A stretch of DNA of 32,000 nucleotides, from contig NZ_LT934425.1 of assembly GCF_900232105.1 (NCBI RefSeq), positions 2,070,001 through 2,102,000 of the forward strand, given 5' to 3'. Under the pieces are notes generated by a model. It did no database searches and had not been told where the DNA came from. It saw nothing but the letters and a program-made list of their open reading frames with translations. Below are positions 1 through 8,638 of the stretch, in pieces. Source of the DNA: Candidatus Kuenenia stuttgartensis. GTDB taxonomy: Bacteria > Planctomycetota > Brocadiia > Brocadiales > Brocadiaceae. Made by a program: the position numbers and the translations under genes. Position 1 is the first letter of the stretch, and every line of letters starts with the position of its first letter.

Positions 1-426
1 TCTAAAAAATTTTATTTGAAAATGCGGGATCAAATACAAAATGAAGATGCCAGAAAGCGTTTAAAGCTGATGGCTGACTCAGAACAAGAACATGAAGAAA
101 TAGTTACTTCCTGGTATGAAGAGGCATATGGAAAAACATTTGATCCTGAAAGTACCACTTCGCATGAAAACAGACTTGATGTACAAAAACTTGACGACAA
201 TGCAGCGCTCATTGATGTTGTACGGCTTATTGCGAAGGCGGAAAATAAGGCATACCAATTTTACAAAAATGCCGCTTTTACCGCCAAAACACCGGAAGAA
301 AAAAAATTATTTGAAACCCTTGCCAGCGCTGAACAAATGCATGCAGATCAATCTTTGACCGAGCTGGATATGCTTGCCGGCGAGGAATTCTTTTTTTCAG
401 ACGAGGAGATCCCCTGGGAAATATAA
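1..426 (+). CDS. Rubrerythrin/ferritin-like diiron protein, 5' truncated by window edge
   Basis: Frame 1 is open to base 1 (SKKFYLKMRDQIQNEDARKRLKLMADSEQEHEEI...AENKAYQFYKNAAFTAKTPEEKKLFETLASAEQMHADQ), with paired ExxH-type helices typical of the family. Stop TAA at 424-426. Confidence 0.8.
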   Translation, partial: SKKFYLKMRDQIQNEDARKRLKLMADSEQEHEEIVTSWYEEAYGKTFDPESTTSHENRLDVQKLDDNAALIDVVRLIAKAENKAYQFYKNAAFTAKTPEEKKLFETLASAEQMHADQSLTELDMLAGEEFFFSDEEIPWEI

Positions 427-432
427 AACAAT

Positions 433-458
433 CGTGACACTTTAGATTTTTGAAAAAC
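433..458 (-). repeat. Copy 1 of dispersed AAAAAACTAAAGTGTTAC element
   Basis: Reverse complement reads GTTTTTCAAAAATCTAAAGTGTCACG. Confidence 0.65.
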
Positions 459-532
459 GCAAGAACGCAAGAACGAGAGGCAAGGATGTCCGCCGTCCCT
501 ATATCGGGCGGCAAACATCGTTAGTATTGGAA

Positions 533-557
533 TTTTTCAAAAGACTAAAGTGTTACG
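533..557 (+). repeat. Copy 2 of dispersed AAAAAACTAAAGTGTTAC element
   Basis: TTTTTCAAAAGACTAAAGTGTTACG. Confidence 0.7.
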
Positions 558-637
558 TATTTTCGGTTTTTTCCGGCAAAGAGCAAAATGATTCTTTGCC
601 ATCAACTATTACCACTAAAGTTAAAAGGTTTGCAACT

Positions 638-2968
638 ATGCCCAGAGATATTCCCGTTGGAAACGGATCATTATTGGTGACCTTCGATTCAAGCTATTCG
701 GTTCGGGATTTTTACTTCCCTTATGTTGGAAAAGAAAACCATACCAGGGGTTATCCATGCCGGTTTGGGCTATGGACACAGGAAGGTTTTTCGTGGATTA
801 ATCCCAAAGAATGGAATATTTCTTTGGGGTATCTTGATGAAACGTTGGTGACTGCTGTGTTCCTCCGTCATGAAAAGCTGTGCCTTCAACTCATGTGTAA
901 CGATGTAGTTGATTTTGAGAAAAATATTTATTTGCGGAAAATGATAATTAAAAACTCCGCCCCAACAGAAAGAGAAATACGTCTTTTTTTCCATCAGGAT
1001 CTGAGTGTTATGGAAAATGAAATTGGCGATACGGTGTTTTACGACGCAAAACAAAACTGCCTCATTCATTATAAAGGTCCCCGTTACTTTTTAATCAACT
1101 GTTCGGCCGGAGACGTGTGGGGGGTGCGCGAATACGCTACCGGCATAAAACGGCACCAGGGGGCGGAAGGCACCTGGCGTGATGCGGAAGACGGCATTCT
1201 GGGAGGTAATCCAATTGCCCAGGGATCTGTAGACTCGACAATCGGCATTTCCCTGAAAATCCCTCCTTTCGGAGAATCGGTTGCATACTATTGGATTGCC
1301 GTCGGCAGGACGTATGCCGAAGTAAATTTGTTAAATAATATTCTTTTAAGCGAAAAGCCGCAAGCCATACTCGACCGTACTGCAAGCTACTGGAAACATT
1401 GGGTCAATAAAGAGGAATTTAATTATGGGAACCTTCCGGCTGAAGTAATTAATCTCTTTAAACGCAGTTTGTTGGTGCTTAAAACACAGATCGACAACGG
1501 CGGGGCAATTATTGCTGCAAATGATTCGGATATCCTTCAATACGCAAAAGATACCTATAGTTATATGTGGCCAAGGGATGGTGCTTTAGTTGCCCATGCG
1601 CTCATGAGCGCTGGCTATAGCACTGTCTGCAGAAAGTTTTTTGACTTTTGTGCGAACGTGGTTGCTCCGTACAACTTTTGTGCAAGTGTTATGGTCGAAG
1701 ACGGCTTTTTATTGCACAAATACAACCCTGACGGTTCATTCGGCAGTTCGTGGCACCCTTGGGTAAGAGGAGAAGAAATACATGTGCCTATCCAGGAAGA
1801 CGAAACAGCCCTTCTTCTCTGGGCGATTGGGCAATATTATGACATGTATCGGAAAATCGATGTAATACGCCCGCTATACCATTCGTTTATTGAAAAGGCC
1901 GCAGATTTTCTTGTAAGCTACAGAGATGATGAAACGGAATTGCCCCTCCCTTCGTATGATCTTTGGGAAGAAAGACGCGGTATTTTATCGTTTACAGTAG
2001 CTACCGTATACGGAGGCCTGATGGCCGCGTCCAGGCTCTCCGAAATATTCAATTACACGGAAAAGACAAAACTATACCGGCAGACTGCTGAAAAAATTAG
2101 AAAAGCGATGGATCAATATCTTTATAGTGAAAAGCTTAACCGGTTTTTACGCATGATAGTTCCGAAAGAAGAAGGTGGATTTGAAATAGACGAAACTGTT
2201 GACGCAAGCCTTTACGGGCTGTTTGCCTTTGGCGCTTACCCACCGGATGATGTCAGAGTACAAAACACTATGAAGGCAATTGAAGAGGTCTTGTGGGTAA
2301 AGACGGAAATAGGAGGAATTGCCCGATACGAAAGGGATTTTTATCAGCGTGCCGGCAATGATGACTCAATTCCAGGGAACCCCTGGATTATTTGCACTAT
2401 GTGGCTGGCGCAGTATTATATTGCAATTACAAAATCCGTGAAAGACCTTGATAGGTCAATATACTATTTAAAATGGGCTGTTTCACGCGCACTGCCTTCC
2501 GGCGTGCTTGCGGAACAAATTAACCCCTTTACCGGAGAGCCGATGTCTGTCTCACCCTTAACATGGAGCCACGCCACCCTCGTTCAAACAGTCATGGACT
2601 ACCTGAAAAAATTACAGGAACTGCATACCTGCGGGCAATGTGGCAGATCAATATTTCTGCATGAAAGGGATGGCAGGCAGCAAATAAAAAAACATCTGCC
2701 CGGGAACCTTGTTTCTTTTGAGGAACAAGATGTCCGCCAGTATGCCGATAACGTAATCTTAAAGAAAAATGGCGCGGCTATCTCTGTAAATATAGACAAA
2801 AATAAATGTGTTGGCTGCGGAATTTGCGCAGTAAGAGCCGGCGATGCGATTGCACTTGTAAATGATAAGGCAAGGCTTGTTCCGGAGAAAACAGGCACGT
2901 GGGATGTTGAGGAAGGATTTGAAAAGTGTTGTCCGTTAGGGGCTATTCTCGTTAAAAAAGAAACATGA
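638..2968 (+). CDS. Glycoside hydrolase family 15 (glucoamylase/glucodextranase-like) with C-terminal ferredoxin-like [4Fe-4S] module
   Basis: The ORF track begins at a TTG (527), but ATG 638 (MPRDIPVGNGSLLVTFDSSYSVRDFYFPYVG) is the more likely start because the first ~37 aa overlap a dispersed repeat. GH15-like segments include YSYMWPRDGALVAHAL and NPWIICTMWLAQYYIA. The C-terminus has CVGCGIC...EKCCPLGAI. Confidence 0.85.
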   Translation: MPRDIPVGNGSLLVTFDSSYSVRDFYFPYVGKENHTRGYPCRFGLWTQEGFSWINPKEWNISLGYLDETLVTAVFLRHEKLCLQLMCNDVVDFEKNIYLRKMIIKNSAPTEREIRLFFHQDLSVMENEIGDTVFYDAKQNCLIHYKGPRYFLINCSAGDVWGVREYATGIKRHQGAEGTWRDAEDGILGGNPIAQGSVDSTIGISLKIPPFGESVAYYWIAVGRTYAEVNLLNNILLSEKPQAILDRTASYWKHWVNKEEFNYGNLPAEVINLFKRSLLVLKTQIDNGGAIIAANDSDILQYAKDTYSYMWPRDGALVAHALMSAGYSTVCRKFFDFCANVVAPYNFCASVMVEDGFLLHKYNPDGSFGSSWHPWVRGEEIHVPIQEDETALLLWAIGQYYDMYRKIDVIRPLYHSFIEKAADFLVSYRDDETELPLPSYDLWEERRGILSFTVATVYGGLMAASRLSEIFNYTEKTKLYRQTAEKIRKAMDQYLYSEKLNRFLRMIVPKEEGGFEIDETVDASLYGLFAFGAYPPDDVRVQNTMKAIEEVLWVKTEIGGIARYERDFYQRAGNDDSIPGNPWIICTMWLAQYYIAITKSVKDLDRSIYYLKWAVSRALPSGVLAEQINPFTGEPMSVSPLTWSHATLVQTVMDYLKKLQELHTCGQCGRSIFLHERDGRQQIKKHLPGNLVSFEEQDVRQYADNVILKKNGAAISVNIDKNKCVGCGICAVRAGDAIALVNDKARLVPEKTGTWDVEEGFEKCCPLGAILVKKET

Positions 2969-5421
2969 AAATAAGACATAAACTGGTAATCATTTTGGCA
3001 GTTTTACTGATCGCATTGAACGGTATCGTGGGGTTTTTTATCTACAAGCAAACACGCCAGGAATTCACAAAAGAAATCCGGGGAAAGGCAAAAATGCTGG
3101 TGATACAACTGGAAACGACACGGAATTATCTTGCCTCCATCATGCATAAAATAGAACTTAACGAGCAAACAAAAAAATTTATTCCTGCCGTTGCCACAAA
3201 CGCCATCAGTAAAAATTTTGCAGAAAAAACGGGTTATGTCATTAAACAGACGAGCTTAAGATACCGGAATGAAGAAAACAAACCCGATCTCTTCGAAGAA
3301 AAAATACTCAGGAAAATGGAAGAAGACCCTACTATTAAGGAATACTGGGCAGACGATGTTTTTGATGGAAAAAGAGTAGAACGTTACCTATATCCGCTAT
3401 ATGTAACAAAAGACTGCCTTCTTTGTCACGGGCCAAGAGAAAAGGCACCACCGGTTGTGCGGGATTATTATGATGCGGGCTATGATTACCAACTGGGAGA
3501 AATAAGGGGGGCGTTCAGCGTCATTATACCAAAGGAAATAGCTGAACAGCGGTATGCCGCGGCTATTATATTTTTCATTATTATTGGAACGGCAAGCATT
3601 TTACTGGTAGTGGTCATTATATTTTTCACTACAAACAAATTCCTGAAGCCTATAGAAAAATTAACTGCCGCCGCCACGGCCATTAAAAAAACCGGCGATT
3701 TAACAACAAGGGTAGAAATTTCAACCAATGATGAAGTCGGGCAGTTGGGAGAAGCTTTTAATGACATGTCGGACAAGTTGAGGTCATCGTATGCTATGCT
3801 GGAGCAGCGTATTACTGAGAAAACAGAACATTTACAAAAGGCGGTCTCTGCGCTGAAGCGTGCGAACAGGATGAAATCAGAGTTTTTAGCCAATATGTCT
3901 CACGAACTCCGTACCCCTCTTAACGCAATAATCGGATTTGCGGAGGTGCTGAAAGATAAACTCTGCGGAGAGTTAAATGCCGAGCAGGAAGATTTTGTTA
4001 AGGACATCCACAGCAGCGGGAGACATCTTCTGCAAATGATTAACGATATACTGGATTTGTCAAAAATCGAAGCCGGCAAGATGGAACTGCAGTATGAATC
4101 ATTTCTTGTATCCGACGCCATCGAGGATGTCTATACTATTTTAAAAGGCCTGGCCAAAAAGAAGCAGCTTCAGTTAAAAACGGTTATACAAGAAGATGTG
4201 AAAGATATTGAAGCAGACCGGGTGAAATTTAAACAGATATTATACAACCTTCTCTCAAACTCCATAAAATTCACGCCGCAGAATGGTACAATTACAACAA
4301 ATGCAGCTATTGTGGACGGAAAAATGCAGGTTTCCGTGTCTGATTCAGGCATAGGGATAAAACCCGAGGACCGTGAAAAAGTGTTTAAAGAATTCTGGCA
4401 GGCAGACAGCTCGTTTTCAAGAAAATATGAAGGCACAGGGTTGGGACTTGCTTTAACCAGGAGGATTGTTGAGATGCACGGGGGAAAGATTTGGCTCAAA
4501 AGTGAATATGGGAAAGGGAGTACTTTTTATTTTACGATTCCAGTAACAAAATCTCAAAGAATCCTGCATCCGGAGGATGAGATGGCTACGGTATGTCCCA
4601 TATGCGGCGAGGAGGTAGGGGATGAAGGAACACATGTGCATAAGCTGTCCCCGGTAGTAACAAAAGGAAAAAAAACTATTCTCGTTATAGAAGATAATCG
4701 TATGTCTGCCAATCTCCTTACCTTATATTTAACGAATGCCGGATATAACGTCGTTGTAACGGCAGACGGAGTAGGTGCAGTTGAAAAGGCGAAACAATGC
4801 AACCCGTTCCTGATTACGCTTGACATTTTGCTGCCGGGAATTGACGGATGGGAAGTCATTTCTAAACTGAAGGGCGATAAAGATACCGCTCACATACCGG
4901 TAATAATCGTTTCAATCTTTGACAACAAAGAACTTGGGTACAGTCTGGGTGCTGCTGAATATCTGATAAAACCTGTAGGCAGAAAACAGCTAGTAGATGC
5001 AGTAAATGCGGTTGCCAATACCTTAAAAACAAAAGAAGAACCAGTGAAAATTCTCGTGGTGGACGATGACGAGAAGGCGGTCAAACATATAACCACTATT
5101 CTAAAAGAAAAGGGGTGTGATGTTTTAAAGGCGTACAGCGGCGAAGCAGGCATCAACCTCGCTTTAGAAAAGCACCCTGATATTATCATCCTGGACCTGA
5201 TGATGCCGGGCATGAGCGGATTTGAAGTCATAGAAATATTAAAAGCACATCCGGTTGCAAAAGAAATCCCTATTATTATTTGCTCCGCAAAGGATATTAC
5301 CCCGGAAGAGAAAAAAGAATTAAACGGCAACATACTGGCCTTAATTCAAAAGGGAAGTCATACTGAGGAGGATCTCCTTATGGCAATCAGGAAAATAGAG
5401 CAAACCCACCATAAAGGATAG
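2965..5421 (+). CDS. Membrane hybrid sensor histidine kinase: DUF3365/Tll0287-like heme-c sensor domain, HAMP, HisKA, HATPase_c, two REC domains
   Basis: N-terminal TM segment, periplasmic domain with KDCLLCHGPREKAPP (CxxCH), second TM, HAMP, MSHELRTPLNAIIGFAE H-box, N/G boxes, then two receivers (ILVIEDN...TLDILLPG; ILVVDDD...ILDLMMPG). Confidence 0.9.
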   Translation: MKIRHKLVIILAVLLIALNGIVGFFIYKQTRQEFTKEIRGKAKMLVIQLETTRNYLASIMHKIELNEQTKKFIPAVATNAISKNFAEKTGYVIKQTSLRYRNEENKPDLFEEKILRKMEEDPTIKEYWADDVFDGKRVERYLYPLYVTKDCLLCHGPREKAPPVVRDYYDAGYDYQLGEIRGAFSVIIPKEIAEQRYAAAIIFFIIIGTASILLVVVIIFFTTNKFLKPIEKLTAAATAIKKTGDLTTRVEISTNDEVGQLGEAFNDMSDKLRSSYAMLEQRITEKTEHLQKAVSALKRANRMKSEFLANMSHELRTPLNAIIGFAEVLKDKLCGELNAEQEDFVKDIHSSGRHLLQMINDILDLSKIEAGKMELQYESFLVSDAIEDVYTILKGLAKKKQLQLKTVIQEDVKDIEADRVKFKQILYNLLSNSIKFTPQNGTITTNAAIVDGKMQVSVSDSGIGIKPEDREKVFKEFWQADSSFSRKYEGTGLGLALTRRIVEMHGGKIWLKSEYGKGSTFYFTIPVTKSQRILHPEDEMATVCPICGEEVGDEGTHVHKLSPVVTKGKKTILVIEDNRMSANLLTLYLTNAGYNVVVTADGVGAVEKAKQCNPFLITLDILLPGIDGWEVISKLKGDKDTAHIPVIIVSIFDNKELGYSLGAAEYLIKPVGRKQLVDAVNAVANTLKTKEEPVKILVVDDDEKAVKHITTILKEKGCDVLKAYSGEAGINLALEKHPDIIILDLMMPGMSGFEVIEILKAHPVAKEIPIIICSAKDITPEEKKELNGNILALIQKGSHTEEDLLMAIRKIEQTHHKG

Positions 5422-5594
5422 TGGTACCCCTATAATAAAATGAAACATCCATAAGCCGTTGCTCACAAGGGGAGATAAAACTTCCACTAGTCGAAGGCTC
5501 ACAAAAGGGCATGAAAAATTTTATTTTTAAACAGCCAAATTCATTTTCGAAAGAAAATTACTATACAACCGATATATCGGGAAGGGGACAATGA

Positions 5595-5966
5595 ATGTCG
5601 AATAAAAACGTAATGGTAGTAGAAGATAATGAAAAAAACAGAAAATTGATACGCGTCGTGCTTAAAGCAAAGGGATATAATGTCATCGAAGCAACTACCG
5701 GCGAGGAAGCATTAAGTTTGTTGAAAGAACAAATACCGGATATCATTCTTATGGACATACAACTTCCAGGGATTGACGGGCTGACACTGATACGGCAAAT
5801 CAAAGCCGATGCCGGTAAAAAAGATATTCCCATAATAGCGGTAACTGCCCATGCAATGAAGGGGGACCAACAAAAGATACTGGATACGGGTTGTGACGCA
5901 TATATGAGCAAACCTATTGATACAAGAGAATTGCCTCTTACTATAGAAAAATATTTAAAAAAATAA
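5595..5966 (+). CDS. Single-domain response regulator (CheY/DivK-like)
   Basis: VMVVEDNEKN...IILMDIQLPG...VTAHAM...YMSKPID receiver motifs. Confidence 0.9.
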   Translation: MSNKNVMVVEDNEKNRKLIRVVLKAKGYNVIEATTGEEALSLLKEQIPDIILMDIQLPGIDGLTLIRQIKADAGKKDIPIIAVTAHAMKGDQQKILDTGCDAYMSKPIDTRELPLTIEKYLKK

Positions 5967-6062
5967 ATAGTCTGTTCAGAACACAGAAAAAAGGACTTTG
6001 TAGTTGCTATTCCTGTATTTTGACAGGCATTACTTTTATCAGAAAGAGAACACGGGTATTCT

Positions 6063-6779
6063 ATGGCAAAAATACTGGTAGCCGATGATATAACACAAAA
6101 TGTCAAACTGCTGAGGGTTATTTTAACAGCATTCAAATATGAAGTAATCGAAGCATATGACGGAGAAGAGGCTTTAAACAAGGCAAGAACGGAAAACCCC
6201 GATTTAATTTTGCTTGACATAATGATGCCTAAGATTACCGGATACGAAGTTTGTAAAAAATTACGCGCGGATGAGGCCACAAAAAACATCCCGATAATAA
6301 TGATTACCGCTTTGCATGAAATGGACGACCGCATTAAGGGGATTGAGGCAGGTGCGGATGATTTTATCAGCAAGCCCTTCAACAAAACAGAACTCCTTGC
6401 AAGGGTAAAATCATTGCTTCGTCCGAGAACTGTGGCAGGCAGGGAGGATGAATCTGAAGTACTCAACATAATACTGGCAAATATAGATGAAGGCGTTGTT
6501 GTGGTCAACGGTCAGTGGGAAATTAAAAATATTAATCAAACCGCACAGCAACTATTGCAAATCCCAGGAACGGAGCAAAAGGACATGCTTGCCTGCCTCT
6601 CTCAAATGGAGCTGACAACGCCCGTTGATACGCTTGCCAACGCACAGGAAAAAGACACAAATTTTCAGATATCCATTTCCAAAGGACAAACGCCGGTAAA
6701 AATAAACGCCCGATTAATAAAGATTTTCGATGCAGATAAAAAGTTGTCAACCGGTGTACTGATTATGAAGAATCCATAG
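6063..6779 (+). CDS. Response regulator with N-terminal REC and C-terminal PAS-like domain
   Basis: ILVADDITQNV...ILLDIMMPK...ITAL...FISKPFN, followed by a PAS-like segment LANIDEGVVVVNGQWEIKNINQTAQQLL. Confidence 0.85.
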   Translation: MAKILVADDITQNVKLLRVILTAFKYEVIEAYDGEEALNKARTENPDLILLDIMMPKITGYEVCKKLRADEATKNIPIIMITALHEMDDRIKGIEAGADDFISKPFNKTELLARVKSLLRPRTVAGREDESEVLNIILANIDEGVVVVNGQWEIKNINQTAQQLLQIPGTEQKDMLACLSQMELTTPVDTLANAQEKDTNFQISISKGQTPVKINARLIKIFDADKKLSTGVLIMKNP

Positions 6780-6799
6780 AGAAAAAGAAGATAACTAAA

Positions 6800-8284
6800 A
6801 TGACTACATTATTTGAAGATGGCTTGCACGGTCTTAACAAGCAACATCTTTCCATGCTCATACATAGCATAGAACATGGCTCAAGATCCGTTATCGTTAC
6901 CGACGTAAAGGGCTGTATCCAATATGTCAATCCTGCCTTTGTTAAAATAACCGGATATGCCAAAGAAGAGGCCATTGGAAAAAATCCACGCATATTAAAA
7001 TCCGGAGAAACCCCTCAGGGACAGTACAAACAGCTCTGGGAAACCATTGTCTCCGGAAACGAATGGGAGGGGGAATTCCACAACCGGAAAAAGACCGGAG
7101 AATATTATTGGGTCTTTGCAACCATTTCCCCAATGAAGAACGAAGAAGGGGCCATTACCCATTTCGTTGCAATTCAAAGAGAAATCACTGAACGCAAGCG
7201 TAAAGAAGTACGCTTCAATGCGTTTGTCAAAAACACGGCGGACGCCCTTATTGCCATCGATGAACAGGGCGTTGTTGAACTATTTAATCCTGCCGCAGAA
7301 AAGATGTTTGGTTATAAAAAAGAAGAGGTTGTTGGCGAAAACGTTATTATGCTAATGCCGGAATCATACCGCAAAAAACATGAAGATGGGTTAAAAAGAT
7401 ATTTGAACACGGGAAAGGCCAGAATACTTGGCACAGGGCCTATCGAACTGGAAGCACTGCGAAAAGACGGAACGGCTTTCCCTATAGAATTAACGATAGG
7501 AGATGCCCGCCTGGATGAATATTTTACCTTTATTGGCATTATCCGCGATATTACCGAGCGCAAATGGGCGGAACAGAAATTGATACACTCTATGGAAGAA
7601 TTGTCCCGTTCCAACGCAGAACTTCAGCAATTTGCCTATGTCGCATCGCATGACCTGCAGGAACCGCTGCGTATGATTACCAGTTATACCAAACTACTGG
7701 AGCGCCGTTATAAAGACAAACTTGATTCCAATGCCAACGAATACATTGCCTTTGCAGTGGACGGCGCAATGAGGATGCAACAGCTCATTAATGACCTGCT
7801 GGCATATTCGCGTGTGACTTCCCGATGCAGGAATTTTGAACCTGTTAATTGCACGGAGGTGTTTAACCGTGTTGCCAAAAACCTTAAAATAGCCATTGAG
7901 GAAAGTGGGGCTGCAATAACCCAGGATCACTTGCCGGTTGTAATGGCCGATCCATCTCAGCTCACACAATTATTTCAGAATCTTATTGGCAACGCCCTTA
8001 AATTCCGCGGCGAAGCGCCTCCGCGTGTACATATTTCTGCAGAGAAAAAAGAGAGTGAATGGATATTCTCTGTCAGCGACAATGGTATCGGAATAGACCC
8101 GCAGTATTACGATCGCATATTCATTGTTTTCCAGAGATTGCATGGCAAAGAAGACTATCCAGGATCCGGGATAGGGCTTTCCATTTGCAAAAAGATCGTT
8201 GAACGCCATTCCGGACGGATATGGTTAAAATCAGAGCCGGGGAAAGGCGCTACATTTTATTTCTCACTGCCCGTAAGAAATTAA
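6800..8284 (+). CDS. PAS-PAS sensor histidine kinase (soluble)
   Basis: Two S-box PAS domains with PAC tails (FVAIQREITERK; FIGIIRDITERK), H-box YVASHDLQEPLRMITSYTKLLERR, N-box FQNLIGNALKF, DNGIGIDP, GSGIGLSICKKI. Confidence 0.92.
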   Translation: MTTLFEDGLHGLNKQHLSMLIHSIEHGSRSVIVTDVKGCIQYVNPAFVKITGYAKEEAIGKNPRILKSGETPQGQYKQLWETIVSGNEWEGEFHNRKKTGEYYWVFATISPMKNEEGAITHFVAIQREITERKRKEVRFNAFVKNTADALIAIDEQGVVELFNPAAEKMFGYKKEEVVGENVIMLMPESYRKKHEDGLKRYLNTGKARILGTGPIELEALRKDGTAFPIELTIGDARLDEYFTFIGIIRDITERKWAEQKLIHSMEELSRSNAELQQFAYVASHDLQEPLRMITSYTKLLERRYKDKLDSNANEYIAFAVDGAMRMQQLINDLLAYSRVTSRCRNFEPVNCTEVFNRVAKNLKIAIEESGAAITQDHLPVVMADPSQLTQLFQNLIGNALKFRGEAPPRVHISAEKKESEWIFSVSDNGIGIDPQYYDRIFIVFQRLHGKEDYPGSGIGLSICKKIVERHSGRIWLKSEPGKGATFYFSLPVRN

Positions 8285-8365
8285 TTCAAAGGATAGTACC
8301 TTACTGGTAATTTCTTTGCACACTTCCATTCGCCAGTGCGTGCTTTTTGGCAAAATATTTAATGG

Positions 8366-8517
8366 TAAAATCCGAAATTCTAAATTTCAATTTTCAAATA
8401 TTTAAAAACCCGGTTTTTTAAAAAACTAAAGTGTTACGGTTTTGTTCATTGGGATTTTGTATTTTGGAATTTGTTTCGTGCTTCGTATTTTTTATCTCGT
8501 GATTGTTTGGTTCTGGC
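8366..8517 (+). repeat. Long AT-rich dispersed repeat, copy A
   Basis: AAATCCGAAATTCTAAATTTCAATTTTCAAATATTTAAAAACCCGGTTTTTT...CATTGGGATTTTGTATTTTGGAATTTGTTTCGTGC...TGTTTGGTTCTGGC matches copy B at 27524-27652. Confidence 0.85.
8414..8439 (+). repeat. Copy 3 of dispersed AAAAAACTAAAGTGTTAC element
   Basis: TTTTTTAAAAAACTAAAGTGTTACGG, inside a longer dispersed repeat. Confidence 0.7.
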
Positions 8518-8527
8518 GATGACAGCG

Positions 8528-8579
8528 TAGGAATTTCAATGTTAATGTAGAGACGCATTGCATGCATCTCTACATTGAC
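8528..8579 (+). repeat. Palindromic AGAGACGC repeat, copy 1
   Basis: TAGGAATTTCAAT followed by arms GTTAATGTAGAGACGC (8541-8556) and GCATCTCTACATTGAC (8564-8579) around the loop ATTGCAT. Confidence 0.75.
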
Positions 8580-8638
8580 ATCAATAACAGAATAAAGTCG
8601 CTGCTAAAGGCAGCCTAATTTATGGAGATGATTCATAT

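Noticed and set aside
527-637. N-terminal extension (MEFFKRLKCYVFSVFSG...) of the GH15 ORF
   Set aside because: TTG start whose codons are the dispersed element itself. GH15-like sequence begins at ATG 638.
2965-5421. Possible phytochrome or cyclase output in the hybrid kinase
   Set aside because: No GAF/PHY or cyclase motifs; the only extra modules are the heme-type sensor, the Cys/His insert and two REC domains.
5561-6508. 315 aa minus-strand ORF
   Set aside because: Antisense to two clear receiver genes (5595-5966, 6063-6779). The Ser/Phe/Ile-rich low-complexity translation is typical of shadow ORFs.
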